Source: Vulcanimicrobiota bacterium (GTDB lineage Bacteria; Vulcanimicrobiota; Vulcanimicrobiia; Vulcanimicrobiales; Vulcanimicrobiaceae). From it: a DNA stretch of 64,000 nt. A program made the translations under genes and the position numbers. Numbering within the stretch: position 1 is the stretch's first letter; every line of letters begins with the position of its first letter. The notes under the pieces were generated by a model. That model ran no database searches, was not told the DNA's origin, and saw only the letters and a program-made list of their open reading frames with translations. Shown piece after piece: positions 20,566-30,556 of the stretch. The DNA lies in contig OY968762.1 of NCBI GenBank assembly GCA_963695225.1, positions 2,528,001 to 2,592,000 of the forward strand. The letters run 5' to 3'.

Positions 20566-21291
20566 ATGTCCCCCTCGCCCGATTTGCTGCGCATGTCGAT
20601 AGCCCCGGTCCCGCGCGACGGCGTCAGCCGCCCGCGCCAGATCGCGGTACGCCTTCGCGAGCAGTTCCTCGCCGGCTCGCTGCGGCCGGGCGACCGCGTC
20701 CCCTCGGAGCGCGAGCTTGCACGCACGCTGCACGTCAGCCGCGCCGCGCTCCGTGAGGGGTTGCGGATCCTCGAAACCGAGGGTCTGCTCAAGATCGTGC
20801 ACGGGCGCGGCGCATACGTCGTGGGCGTCCCCGTGCGGGCGCCGCTCACGCGAACGGCCGCCACGGCGCCGACGGCCATCTCGAAGGAAATCGTCGATCT
20901 GATGAACGTGCGCCGCATCCTCGAACCGGAGGCGGCTGCGCTGGCGGCGCGTCACATTCGGCGGCCGGAGGTGGCGGCGCTACGCAGGATATGCGAGCGC
21001 GCTCAAGCGTTGCTGAGCCGTGAGCATCCGCCGATCGATCGATTGACGGAGTTGAACCGCAAGTTCCATCTCGCGATTTCCGGCGCTTGCGGAAACGCTA
21101 TGATCAAGCGCGTCGTCGCCGGGATGCTCGCAGTGCAGGTCGAGGACCGTCATCTCTTCAGGGAGCGGTTGGAGCGGCACCGCAAGAGCTGGTGCGATGA
21201 CGGCGAGCATCTCCTCATCGTGCAGGCGATCGTCGCCGGCGAAGCCGAGGCGGCGCGTGCGTTCATGGCGGCGCACCTCCGCTACGATTGA
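20566..21291 (+). CDS. GntR/FadR-family transcriptional regulator
   Basis: PGDRVPSERELA..L.VSR..LREGL..LE..GL; FCD domain (FHLAI, EH..I); start uncertain. Confidence 0.9.
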   Translation: MSPSPDLLRMSIAPVPRDGVSRPRQIAVRLREQFLAGSLRPGDRVPSERELARTLHVSRAALREGLRILETEGLLKIVHGRGAYVVGVPVRAPLTRTAATAPTAISKEIVDLMNVRRILEPEAAALAARHIRRPEVAALRRICERAQALLSREHPPIDRLTELNRKFHLAISGACGNAMIKRVVAGMLAVQVEDRHLFRERLERHRKSWCDDGEHLLIVQAIVAGEAEAARAFMAAHLRYD

Positions 21292-22102
21292 TCCGAAGCG
21301 CTGCCGCGGCGCCGCGTTCTCCGTAACGCGCCGCGCCACGTCGCTTAGACCCCCGGACCGAGTCTCCTCACCGGATCTTCCGCCGGTACGTCCGCTCTCT
21401 TTTGCTTGCCTCTCGCGGCGGGGCGCACGCAGCCCCGCCGGGCTCTCCGTTGCAGGCTCAGTCTACTCGCCGCGCGTCCGGAAAGCGTCCAGGGAATATC
21501 GTGCGATTTCTGCTGAAGATTCGTTCGTTCGCTACGCGTATCGAATCGAGCAGGCGCCTATCGTGAGAACAACGCGAGGCCGTTGAAGGCTCGCTATAGG
21601 TTGGCGATATGCTCGCCCGTTCGCGGATCTACGGGTCTCGCGAAATCATCGCCTGCGCCGTGCAGGCAAGCGTTCGGGCATTCCGTCGAAAGCGCCGTGC
21701 AATACGTCGGCGGCGCCGTGATGCCTACGACTCCCCGTTCGTCGGCGACGATCGAGAGCGCCTGTATAACGGTGACGAACTCGCCCGTGAGAGCGCACCG
21801 GAATCGTTTCTCTTCGACCTTCTGACGGATCATGCGAGGTGACTCCCTGGATTGTTCGGGCCGATTCTGCAGCGAGCGCGTGCGCGCCCTCTCGTTCGGC
21901 GTCACACGTACTACGACGCGGAACATGCGCGCGATTAGGTGCAGCAAATGCATGTGCTCGAGCGAACGAAATTAGGCCCATTTGCTCATGCAATTCGTGC
22001 GATAACTCCCAAACGCGGCGGCGGGTGCGCGCGCGCAACGCAAGCAAGGGAGAGAACACCTATCTGTAGGTTATTTGAGGATCGCGGGGTTTCCGTCTGA
22101 TC

Positions 22103-23944
22103 ATGCGTATGCGTCACGTCGTTTCGTCATTGGTGCTTGCAACGAGCCTCGCGGTCGCGGCCGGCTGCGGGGGCGGGGGCGGGAGCAGCCCGGGGAGCCC
22201 GTCGACCGCAGGGCCGACTGCCACGCCGACGGCGATGGGGACCGGAGGGGCGACCGCCACGCCGACGCCGGTGAAAACGGGGAGCCCGAGCCCGAGCCCG
22301 TCCCCGACGAGGTCGCCGTCGCCGTCGCCCTCGCCCTCGCCTTCACCCTCACCCAGCCCGACGCCGTCCTCGACGTCGAGCCCCATCGCGATGTTCGACG
22401 TGACGACGTACGCGTACAACAACGCGCGCACGGGGGAGAGCTCGGATACGACGATTTCCCCGGCCAACGCCGGAACGCTCGCGGTGGCCTGGCACAGCAC
22501 CGGGGTCGGGTACGAGACGCAACCGCTCGTCGCGACGCACGTGACGAACGTGATCTCCGACGGAGGGACGCACAACATCGTCTACGTCGGCGAGTTCGGC
22601 ACGTTCACCGCGTTGGATGCGAACTCGGGCGCTACGCTCTGGACGAAAACGCTACCGCAGGGCCAGCAGATCTGCGAAGGCGCATCCGCCGCGCCGTTCG
22701 GCATCTCCGGCACGCCGGTCATCGACAGAACCTCGAACGTGATCTACGTTCCGGACGGCGTCCATCAGATTCACGCGCTCGACCTCGCGACGGGCGGCGA
22801 AAAGGCCGGCTGGCCGGTCGATCTCGTCGCCACCGGCAGCGACGACGGCAGCTCGAGCGACCTGCGCGAGTTCCTCCATACAGCGCTCACGCTCGTGAAC
22901 GGCAAGATCTATGCCGGGACGTCGTCGACGTGCGATCTGACGCCGTGGAAGGGCCGCGTCGCGATTATCGACGTCGCCAGCCACACGCTGCAAACGACGT
23001 TCTTCCCCGTCTTCGGGCAAGGCGGCAACAACTACAGCGGCGGCGGCGTCTGGGGTTGGGGCGGCGTTTCGTACGACGGCAGCGCGGTCTATGCGGGCGT
23101 CGGCAACGCTGATACGAACCCGCAGAGCGGGTCGTTCAAGAATACGTCGGACGAAACGGTCGGCTATGGCGAGCACATCCTCCGCCTATCGACGGACCTC
23201 TCGACCGTGCTGGATGCGAACATCCCGATCGTCGTGCCGAATCCGGCGGACGCTTCCGACATCGATCTCAGCGGCACGCCCGTGCTCTTCCAGCCGCCGG
23301 GGTGCAACCCGCTCTTGGCCGTGCAAGGCAAAGCCGGCTTCCTGATGATCTACAACCGGACCAACCTCACCGCGGGACCGATCTTCAAGGCACAGTTCTC
23401 GGAGAGCACCGACGTGTCACACTATATCGGGAACCCCGCGTACTCCTCGCGAACGGGCTACCTCTACGCTTCCGTCGCGAACGGCTACGGCGGCTACCTG
23501 CCGGGCATGGTGATTCTCAAGCCGGTCAACGGATGCAGCACGTTCCAAGTCGTTGCGAATCCCGCGTTCGGGCCGGATTCCATCACCATGGAGGCCGGGT
23601 CCGGGAACGCATACCCGCGGTCGGCGCTGACCGTCGCGAACGGCGTCGCCTTCATCGGCACGCCGGACGGCGTGCTCTGGGCCCGCGACGCCGTGACCGG
23701 AGCGGCGCTCTGGGATAGCAATAGCGGGGGCGCGTGGGCTAGGAACGCGTCCGCGACGGGCGACCAAATCCGCATGGGGCCCGTCGTGACCGGTGGCTGG
23801 GTGTACGTCGTCGAGCTCAACAGCGGAACGCTCTGGGCGCTCAGGGCGAGCGGATCGACTTCGTCCAGCTATCTACGGCGCGGCATCATGACCCAACCGC
23901 TCCCCGCCCCGCCGATCATCCACCAGCCGATCCGGCGGCACTAG
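22103..23944 (+). CDS. Secreted lipoprotein with PQQ-like beta-propeller repeats
   Basis: Lipobox AAGC, Ser/Pro linker, repeated ALDA..G..LW motifs. Confidence 0.8.
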   Translation: MRMRHVVSSLVLATSLAVAAGCGGGGGSSPGSPSTAGPTATPTAMGTGGATATPTPVKTGSPSPSPSPTRSPSPSPSPSPSPSPSPTPSSTSSPIAMFDVTTYAYNNARTGESSDTTISPANAGTLAVAWHSTGVGYETQPLVATHVTNVISDGGTHNIVYVGEFGTFTALDANSGATLWTKTLPQGQQICEGASAAPFGISGTPVIDRTSNVIYVPDGVHQIHALDLATGGEKAGWPVDLVATGSDDGSSSDLREFLHTALTLVNGKIYAGTSSTCDLTPWKGRVAIIDVASHTLQTTFFPVFGQGGNNYSGGGVWGWGGVSYDGSAVYAGVGNADTNPQSGSFKNTSDETVGYGEHILRLSTDLSTVLDANIPIVVPNPADASDIDLSGTPVLFQPPGCNPLLAVQGKAGFLMIYNRTNLTAGPIFKAQFSESTDVSHYIGNPAYSSRTGYLYASVANGYGGYLPGMVILKPVNGCSTFQVVANPAFGPDSITMEAGSGNAYPRSALTVANGVAFIGTPDGVLWARDAVTGAALWDSNSGGAWARNASATGDQIRMGPVVTGGWVYVVELNSGTLWALRASGSTSSSYLRRGIMTQPLPAPPIIHQPIRRH

Positions 23945-24178
23945 CAGGCCGGATCCGGCCGCCGGGCGCGCAAGTGCGCGGCCTGGCGGCCGGGTTTCGC
24001 GGGCGTAGCCGCGCGCACGCGGCCTTGCCGGCGCCGCGCGTTTCGCGCGATCCGAAGAAGATTCGGCGAATCGCGAAGAGCCTCGCGTCCGAGGTCGAAT
24101 TGCGCTCGAGCGCCTCCCGTTGCCCGTTCCGGCGGCAGGTCACAGCAAGACGGACCCACCGATGAGAAAATCTCCTAG

Positions 24179-25606
24179 ATGAAAACCTCCCCGACGATCA
24201 TTCAAGGCGGCATGGGTGCCGGCGTTTCCAATTGGCGGCTCGCGCAGGCGGTGTCGCGCATAGGCCAACTCGGCGTGGTTTCCGGGACGGCGCTCGATCA
24301 GATCTTCGCGCGGCGGCTGCAGGACGGCGACCTCGGCGGACACATGCGCCGGGCGATCGAGCGATTTCCGTTCCCGAAGATGGCGCAGCGCATCTGGGAC
24401 AAGTACTTCGTCCCGCAAGGCAAGGGGAAGGACGAGTCATACAAGACGCTTCCGATGTTCGAAAAAGAGACCCCGCGCGATCTCGCGGAACTCTGCATCG
24501 TTTCGAACTTCGTCGAAGTCGATCTCGCCCGCGAAGGGCACGACAACCCCGTCGGGATGAACTACCTCGAGAAGATCCAAATGCCGCATCTGCCGTCGCT
24601 CTACGGCGCGATGCTCGCCGGCGTCGGCTACGTCTTGATGGGAGCGGGGATCCCGATCAAGATCCCCGATGCAATCGACAAGTTCGTCCATCACGAACCC
24701 GCGACGTATCCGCTGCACGTCACCGGCGCCGAGGAAGGCGACGACACGACGATGACGTTCTCGCCGCTGGATTACATGGAGCGCGCGCTGCCCGAGCTCG
24801 TGCGCCCGAAGTTCCTCGCGATCGTTTCGAGCATCACTCTCGCCGTTTCGATGCTGAAGCGGACCGAGGGGCGCATCGACGGTTTCGTCGTCGAGGGGCC
24901 CACGGCCGGCGGCCATAACGCGCCGCCGCGCGGGAAGCTCCAGATCGACGAGGCCGGCGAAGCGGTCTACGGCGAGCGCGACAAGGTCGACCTCTCGAAG
25001 ATGCGCGAGCTCGGCAAACCGTTCTGGCTCGCCGGCGGATACGGCACGCCCGAGAAGGTGCGCGAAGCGCTCGACGCCGGGGCGGAGGGCGTCCAAGTCG
25101 GGACCGCCTTTGCGTTTTGCGCCGAATCCGGTATGCGCGAAGACTACAAGAAGGCGCTATTGGAGAAAGTCGCGGCGCACGACGCCAGCGTCTTCACCGA
25201 TCCGCTCGCCTCGCCGACGAGCTTCCCGTTCAAGGTCGCCCGGCTGGAAGGGACGATCTCGGAGCCCGACGTCTTCGAAAGCCGCGCGCGCATCTGCGAT
25301 TTGGGATACTTGCGCGAAGCGTACAAGACCAAGCGTGGCACGATCGCGTACCGCTGCTCCGCCGAACCGCCTTCGCTCTACGTCTCGAAGGGCGGCAAGA
25401 TCGAGAACACCGTTGGGAAGAAGTGCATCTGCAACGCGTTGGTCGCGACGATCGGGCATCCGCAGGTCCGCAAGGGGAACCGCATCGAGGCGGGGATCGT
25501 GACCTCCGGGAACGACCTCACCGAAATGGGCCGCTTCTTGCCTGCGGAAGGTTTGGAATACAGCGCCGCGGACGTCGTGGAGAAGCTCCTCAGCGAAGTC
25601 GCCTGA
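24179..25606 (+). CDS. Nitronate monooxygenase/FabK-like FMN oxidoreductase
   Basis: IIQGGMG, EG..AGGH, LAGG, GVQVGT.F; Cys-containing C-terminus. Confidence 0.85.
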   Translation: MKTSPTIIQGGMGAGVSNWRLAQAVSRIGQLGVVSGTALDQIFARRLQDGDLGGHMRRAIERFPFPKMAQRIWDKYFVPQGKGKDESYKTLPMFEKETPRDLAELCIVSNFVEVDLAREGHDNPVGMNYLEKIQMPHLPSLYGAMLAGVGYVLMGAGIPIKIPDAIDKFVHHEPATYPLHVTGAEEGDDTTMTFSPLDYMERALPELVRPKFLAIVSSITLAVSMLKRTEGRIDGFVVEGPTAGGHNAPPRGKLQIDEAGEAVYGERDKVDLSKMRELGKPFWLAGGYGTPEKVREALDAGAEGVQVGTAFAFCAESGMREDYKKALLEKVAAHDASVFTDPLASPTSFPFKVARLEGTISEPDVFESRARICDLGYLREAYKTKRGTIAYRCSAEPPSLYVSKGGKIENTVGKKCICNALVATIGHPQVRKGNRIEAGIVTSGNDLTEMGRFLPAEGLEYSAADVVEKLLSEVA

Positions 25607-25643
25607 AGGCCTAACGTCGTTCGACGTCCCATATTCTTGCCTC

Positions 25644-26429
25644 GTGGCACTCTTGGACGGGAAAATCGCCCTCATCACGGGCGTGGCTAACCGCTGGTCG
25701 ATCGCGACCGGGATCGCTCGCGCGCTGCACGCGCACGGAGCGCAGCTTTGTTTCATCTATCAAGGCGATCGCGTTCGCGACGAGGTGGAGAAGCTCGCCT
25801 CCGAATTGGGCGGGCGCTGCTATCCGTGCGACGTGGGCAGCGACGAAGAGCTCGCGGCGCTCGCTGAGTCGGTCCGGCGCGATTACGGCCGGCTCGACGT
25901 CCTCGTCCATTCGATCGCCTATACGAACAAGGAAGACCTCCAAGGCAAGGTCTACACGACCTCCCGCAGCGGCTTCGCGCTCGCACTCGACATCTCGTCC
26001 TATTCGCTGATCGCGCTCACGAACGCGCTCGTCGACGTCCTCGTCGACAATTCCAGCATCATCGCGATGACCTATCGCGGCGGCACGGCGATCGTGCCGA
26101 ACTACAATCTCGCCGGCATCGCGAAGGCTGCGATCGAATCGATCGTCCGCTACCTCGCGTTCGATCTCGGCGACCGCGGCATTCGCGTGAACGCGATCTC
26201 CGCCGGCCCCATCTCGACGGCGAGCTCGCGCGCGGTGCGGGGCTTCAAGGGGATCCTCGATAAGACGGCGGCGGGGGCCCCCCTGCGCCGCAACGTCACG
26301 ATCGAAGACGTCGGAAACACGGCGGTCTACCTCGCCTCCGACCTCTCGCGGGCGGTCACCTCCGACGTGCACTTCGTCGATGCGGGCTTCCATTCGATGG
26401 GCATGTGGCCGGACGGGGAGCCGGGCTAG
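25644..26429 (+). CDS. fabI: Enoyl-ACP reductase
   Basis: GVAN..SIA..IA, VHSIA, DISSYSL, PNYN..GIAKAA.ES.VRYLA, RVNAISAGPI. Confidence 0.93.
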   Translation: MALLDGKIALITGVANRWSIATGIARALHAHGAQLCFIYQGDRVRDEVEKLASELGGRCYPCDVGSDEELAALAESVRRDYGRLDVLVHSIAYTNKEDLQGKVYTTSRSGFALALDISSYSLIALTNALVDVLVDNSSIIAMTYRGGTAIVPNYNLAGIAKAAIESIVRYLAFDLGDRGIRVNAISAGPISTASSRAVRGFKGILDKTAAGAPLRRNVTIEDVGNTAVYLASDLSRAVTSDVHFVDAGFHSMGMWPDGEPG

Positions 26430-27328
26430 GAAACCGGCAGGGTCATCCTCGCGTCGACGAGCGGCACGCACGTCCCGCCGACCTCGATTCCGTCGCTCCC
26501 GCCTTGACCGTGGATGCGGACGTGCAGGAAGCTGCGGCGCCCCATCTTCGTCCCTTGTTCGCTGACGAAGCGCGTGCCGTCCGCCGAGACCACGAGGCCG
26601 TAGCGCATCATGTACGCCGCGAGCGGCCCCGTCGCACTCCCGGTCGCGGGATCTTCGGCGACGCCGTGCTCCGGAGCGAACATGCGCGAATACGCGCCTT
26701 CCGGCGTCGGCGTGAAGACGAAGAAACAGATCGCATCGGCGACGGAGCCATGGAGGTCGAGGATCCCGCCGAGTTCGATCCAAGCCCGGTCGACGGCGCC
26801 CTTGTCGCGTAACGGGATGAAGACGGTCGGATTTCCCGCGCTGAGGAATTGCGGCTGAACGCCGGGCAGCAGATCGTCCGGTTCGAGGCCGAGCGCGCGC
26901 GCGGCGGCCGCCGGATCGTACGTGCGGCCGAATTCGACGGGCGGAGTCGTCAGCCAGATCATCGGCGGCGCCCCGGGTTCGACGCGAATCGGAACGTCGC
27001 CGACGAGTTCTTCGAGCGTGAAACGGCCGTCGCGCGGCGTCACGATGCCTTCGCGCACGAGGACGTCGCTCGCGCCGATGGTCGGATGCCCCGCGAAGCG
27101 CATCTCCATCGTCGGCGTGAAGATGCGCACGCGCGCCGCGCATGCCGCGCGGTTCGCGGGCAAGATGAAGACGGTTTCCGAGAGGTTGAGTTCCCGCGCG
27201 ATCCGTTGCATCGTCGCGGCCTCCAAATCGCGCGCGTCGGGGAAAACGGCGAGCGGATTCCCTTCGAGCGCGACGCGCGTGAAGACGTCCAGCACGACGT
27301 AGCGAAACGATTTCGTTGGTGCGTTCAC
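26426..27328 (-). CDS. PhzF-family epimerase/isomerase
   Basis: DVFT...GNPLAV, MQ.IARE.NLSET.F, FAGHPT, EDPATGSA. Confidence 0.93.
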   Translation of the reverse strand: MNAPTKSFRYVVLDVFTRVALEGNPLAVFPDARDLEAATMQRIARELNLSETVFILPANRAACAARVRIFTPTMEMRFAGHPTIGASDVLVREGIVTPRDGRFTLEELVGDVPIRVEPGAPPMIWLTTPPVEFGRTYDPAAAARALGLEPDDLLPGVQPQFLSAGNPTVFIPLRDKGAVDRAWIELGGILDLHGSVADAICFFVFTPTPEGAYSRMFAPEHGVAEDPATGSATGPLAAYMMRYGLVVSADGTRFVSEQGTKMGRRSFLHVRIHGQGGSDGIEVGGTCVPLVDARMTLPVS

Positions 27329-27397
27329 GCGCTGAGCTTGCCTCCCGCTGGAGGCTCATCCTTCGACGATTTTCGGCGGCGGGCCGGCGCGGGGCCC

Positions 27398-27641
27398 GCG
27401 TCCGGGTCGGGGCGGGGTTCCTCCGCGGGGACGCCCGCGATTTCGCATCCATGCGAAATCGCTACTCGTGCACTTGTTCCCACGCTGCTACGCAGCGCGG
27501 GTGCCCATTGGATTGAACAGGCGCTCCGCCTACGGCTCCGCGCCCCCCACACGCAAAGCGCGTGGGGCCCCCCGCCCGCCATCCGTGGCTCCGCCGGAAA
27601 GCTGCACGCCCCGCGGAGAAACCCCGCCCCGACCCGGACGC
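27398..27641 (+). repeat. Intergenic structured repeat, long form (copy A)
   Basis: 33-bp terminal inverted repeats with one mismatch, internal GCGATTTCGCAT-CC-ATGCGAAATCGC hairpin; near-identical to 35608..35850. Confidence 0.92.
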
Positions 27642-27656
27642 TACCTCGGTTCTAGT

Positions 27657-27735
27657 TCACTTGCCCGCTCCCGCCGTCGTGGCTCCGCCGGAAAAAGCTG
27701 CACGCCCCGCGGAGAAACCCCGCCCGCCCGGACGC
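27657..27735 (+). repeat. Partial (3' half) copy of the same repeat
   Basis: CACTTGCCCGCTCCCGCC...GCTGCACGCCCCGCGGAGAAACCCCGCCC...GGACGC matches the 3' half of the other copies. Confidence 0.85.
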
Positions 27736-27817
27736 TGCCGCGGCTCTTTAAAGTGTGAGCTTGCCGTGTCGTGACGCTGAGGGTGTTTGTGGGAACATCG
27801 CAGCGGGAGGCATTGGA

Positions 27818-28831
27818 GTGAGAGCTTTGGCGTTTGGGCTCGCCGTTTCGGCGGCGCTCCTATCGGCATGCGGGGGGTCGGGTTCGACGGCAACCGGGCC
27901 GCCGGCCCCGGGTTCGACCGCTACGCCCGCGCCCGGGCCGAGCGCCACGCCGGTGCCTGGCGGGAGCGCCACGCCGACGCCGCAAGCCGGGGTCGCGATG
28001 CTCGGCTCGTGCCGCGCGTTTCCGGCGGATAACGCTTGGAACACGGACGTCTCGGCGTATCCCGTCGATCCGAATTCGGCGAACTATCTCGCGGAGATGA
28101 ACCCGGGCGGCTCCGTCCACGTCCACCCCGATTTCGGGAGCGATCCGACCTACGGGATCCCGATCAACGTCGTCTCCATCCCGGCCGGGAGCTTCGTGCC
28201 GATCGCGTTCACCGCGTACGCGTCCGAGAGCGATCCCGGCCCATACCCGATTCCGGTGAACCCGAAGATCGAAGCCGGGTCCGACGCGCACATGCTGATC
28301 GTCGACAACGCGAACTGCAAGCTCTACGAAACGTTCGCGACGGCTGGTTCGAGCGCCGGCGGCTGGAGCGCGGCGAACGGCGCGGTCTTCGATCTGAACT
28401 CGGACGCGTTACGGCCGGACGGCTGGACGTCCGCCGACGCGGCGGGCCTCCCGATCGCGGCGGGCCTCGTGCGCTACGACGAAGTGCAGGCCGGAGCCGT
28501 CAACCACGCCGTGCGGTTCACCGTCCCGGTGACGTCGCAAGGTTACATCCACCCCGCCACGCACCAAGCGGGCGGGACGACCCCGAACGCGCCGCCGATG
28601 GGGCTCCGCCTGCGCCTGAAGGCGTCGTACGACATCAGCGGCTTTCACGGGAACTCGCTCGTGATTCTGACGGCGCTGAAGAAATACGGGATGTTTCTCG
28701 CCGACAACGGCAGCTCGTTCTACATCAGCGGCGAAACCGATACGCGCTGGAACGATACCGATCTCAACCAGCTCAAGACGGTCCCCGCGAGCGCCTTCGA
28801 GGCCGTCTCCACGGGGACCGTCCAGCACTAA
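27818..28831 (+). CDS. Secreted lipoprotein of unknown function
   Basis: Lipobox LSAC, Pro/Thr linker, domain with FPADNAWN, SADAAGLP, HAVRFT, ALKKYGMFLADNG. Confidence 0.8.
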   Translation: MRALAFGLAVSAALLSACGGSGSTATGPPAPGSTATPAPGPSATPVPGGSATPTPQAGVAMLGSCRAFPADNAWNTDVSAYPVDPNSANYLAEMNPGGSVHVHPDFGSDPTYGIPINVVSIPAGSFVPIAFTAYASESDPGPYPIPVNPKIEAGSDAHMLIVDNANCKLYETFATAGSSAGGWSAANGAVFDLNSDALRPDGWTSADAAGLPIAAGLVRYDEVQAGAVNHAVRFTVPVTSQGYIHPATHQAGGTTPNAPPMGLRLRLKASYDISGFHGNSLVILTALKKYGMFLADNGSSFYISGETDTRWNDTDLNQLKTVPASAFEAVSTGTVQH

Positions 28832-29295
28832 GCGGGCGTCGCGGCCTCCGCTAGAACGAGTTCGATCGCGGCGTCGATGCGCTCGTGCCCGGCATCGCCG
28901 GCTTGCACGTGCCGCAGTTCGTGGTTGCGGTCGAACAGGTAGAACGCGGGGACGGCCGCGTTTTCGAAGCGATCGACGAGCGTGTGCTCGTTGTCGATCG
29001 CGCAAGGCTGCGTGATCCCGAACGTCGAGCCGGTTGCCGCGGCGGTGACCCGGGCGACGTCGAGTTCGGCGGGCCCGCGCGGTTGATGCACCGCGATGAC
29101 GGCGAGGCCGCGCGGGCCGTACGTGTCGCGCCACCTCGAGACTTGGCCCGCGACCTTCTGGCAGATCGGGCACGTGAGCGACCAGAAGTGCAAGAGAACG
29201 GGTCGCCCGGCGAGGCCCGGAAGATCGGGCTCGCCGTTGATCCAATCCTCGACGCCGCCGAGATCCGGCAGCGCGCTGCGGCTGCGAAGCGCCAT
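28828..29295 (-). CDS. TlpA-like redoxin
   Basis: HFWSLTCPIC, VHQPR, AIDN. Confidence 0.88.
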   Translation of the reverse strand: MALRSRSALPDLGGVEDWINGEPDLPGLAGRPVLLHFWSLTCPICQKVAGQVSRWRDTYGPRGLAVIAVHQPRGPAELDVARVTAAATGSTFGITQPCAIDNEHTLVDRFENAAVPAFYLFDRNHELRHVQAGDAGHERIDAAIELVLAEAATPA

Positions 29296-29300
29296 GCGGC

Positions 29301-29855
29301 TCAGCCGACCGCCAGAAGCTTCTTGCCGGGCTTCCAATCCGCGGCGCAGAGCCCGCCGGTCTGCAGCGCTTGCAGTACGCGGAGCGTTTCGTCGACGCTG
29401 CGGCCGATGTTGTCCGCGGTGATCGTCGCGTACTTCAAGACGCCCTGCGGATCGATGATGAACAGCCCGCGCTGCGCCTTGCCGTCGGCCTCGTCGAGGA
29501 CGCCGTAAGCCGCCGCCGTTTCCTTCTTGTAATCCGCCACGAGCGGATACTTGAGCCCTTCGAGCCCGTTCTTGTCGAGCGGCGTGTTGATCCACGCAAA
29601 GTGGCTGTAGACGGAGTCCGTCGAGGCGCCCAGCACGTCCGCGCCGAGCACGGTGAAGTCCTCGTAGCGATCCGAGAGCGCGAGGATCTCGGTCGGACAC
29701 ACGAACGTGAAATCGAGCGGATAGAAGAAGAAGACGAGCCACTTTCCCTTGTAATCCGCGAGCGAGATCGGGGCGCCGAGGTTCGCGGCGCTGGTCGCGC
29801 CCTTCGTGCTGGCGAGGGTGAACGCCGGGGCGGGCTTACCTACTTGTGCGGGCAT
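29301..29855 (-). CDS. ahpC: 2-Cys peroxiredoxin
   Basis: FFYPLDFTFVCPTE, STDSVYSH.AW, RGLFIIDP, GRSVDETLR, LCAADW. Confidence 0.95.
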   Translation of the reverse strand: MPAQVGKPAPAFTLASTKGATSAANLGAPISLADYKGKWLVFFFYPLDFTFVCPTEILALSDRYEDFTVLGADVLGASTDSVYSHFAWINTPLDKNGLEGLKYPLVADYKKETAAAYGVLDEADGKAQRGLFIIDPQGVLKYATITADNIGRSVDETLRVLQALQTGGLCAADWKPGKKLLAVG

Positions 29856-29870
29856 GAGTTCCTTTCGTCG

Positions 29871-29903
29871 TTAGTGAATATGAACATCATAGTCAATCGT
29901 TAG
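29871..29903. promoter_or_regulatory. AT-rich candidate Fur/PerR operator between divergent ahpC and Fur-family genes
   Basis: TTAGTGAATATGAACATCATAGTCAATCGTTAG stands out in a GC-rich background. Confidence 0.4.
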
Positions 29904-29971
29904 ACGCCCGTGGAAGCCTCTTTTGTCGCAGGCTGAGGCGTCGACCGGGGCGCGCCGAAGGGAGGGAGCAT

Positions 29972-30376
29972 ATGAAAGGTGAGAGCGACGGTGCGGGGCG
30001 CTTCTCGAAGAACTACGAGGCGATCCGCCGGGTCGTCGAGTCGGGAGGGCCCGGCTCGCACCGTACAACCGCCGAGATCTACGATCAGGTGCGCAAGCTC
30101 CAGCCGAAAATCGGCTACTCGACGGTGCAGCGCGGCTTGGCGCGCCTGGTGGGTCTCGGCCGGATCAACGCCGTCAAACTCCCCGACGAAAGCGGCGTCC
30201 GCTACGAGGCGCGCGGCTTCCGGCACGGCCACTTCCTGTGCGCCGCGTGCGGGACCGTGCTGGACGTTCCCTACGCGCTGCCGGATGAGACGATCGGCCG
30301 GCTCGCGGCGGAACTCGGCGTGAGTGTCGAGGATCACTCGGTCGCGCTCACCGGGCGCTGCTCCGCGTGCCGGTAA
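29972..30376 (+). CDS. Fur/PerR-family transcriptional regulator
   Basis: H.TTAEIY, STV.R.L..L, HGHFLCAACG, GRCSAC. Confidence 0.9.
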   Translation: MKGESDGAGRFSKNYEAIRRVVESGGPGSHRTTAEIYDQVRKLQPKIGYSTVQRGLARLVGLGRINAVKLPDESGVRYEARGFRHGHFLCAACGTVLDVPYALPDETIGRLAAELGVSVEDHSVALTGRCSACR

Positions 30377-30556
30377 GGAGTTTCCCCGCCCCCGGCCAAT
30401 AGGAGCGGCATCGGCTTTAAGCGTCGGCGCGGTCTCTCAGCGTGACCCGCCCTTTCGCCGATGGAAGTGGTGCTCGGCGCCACCCGTGTCATGCGGCCCT
30501 CGCGCGTTCCGAGACGACGGAACGTGCACGTTCGAGTGAGTTAGCAAAGCCGACCT

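Noticed and set aside
22280..22370. Short tandem repeats (CCGAGC, CCGTCG, CCCTCG)
   Set aside because: They encode a Ser-Pro linker; not CRISPR or a separate element
20349..23944. Possible genomic island at tRNA-Thr
   Set aside because: No integrase and no duplicated tRNA 3' end seen
27398..27735. Repeat cluster as a CRISPR array or autonomous IS
   Set aside because: No regular repeat-spacer periodicity, no cas genes, no transposase ORF
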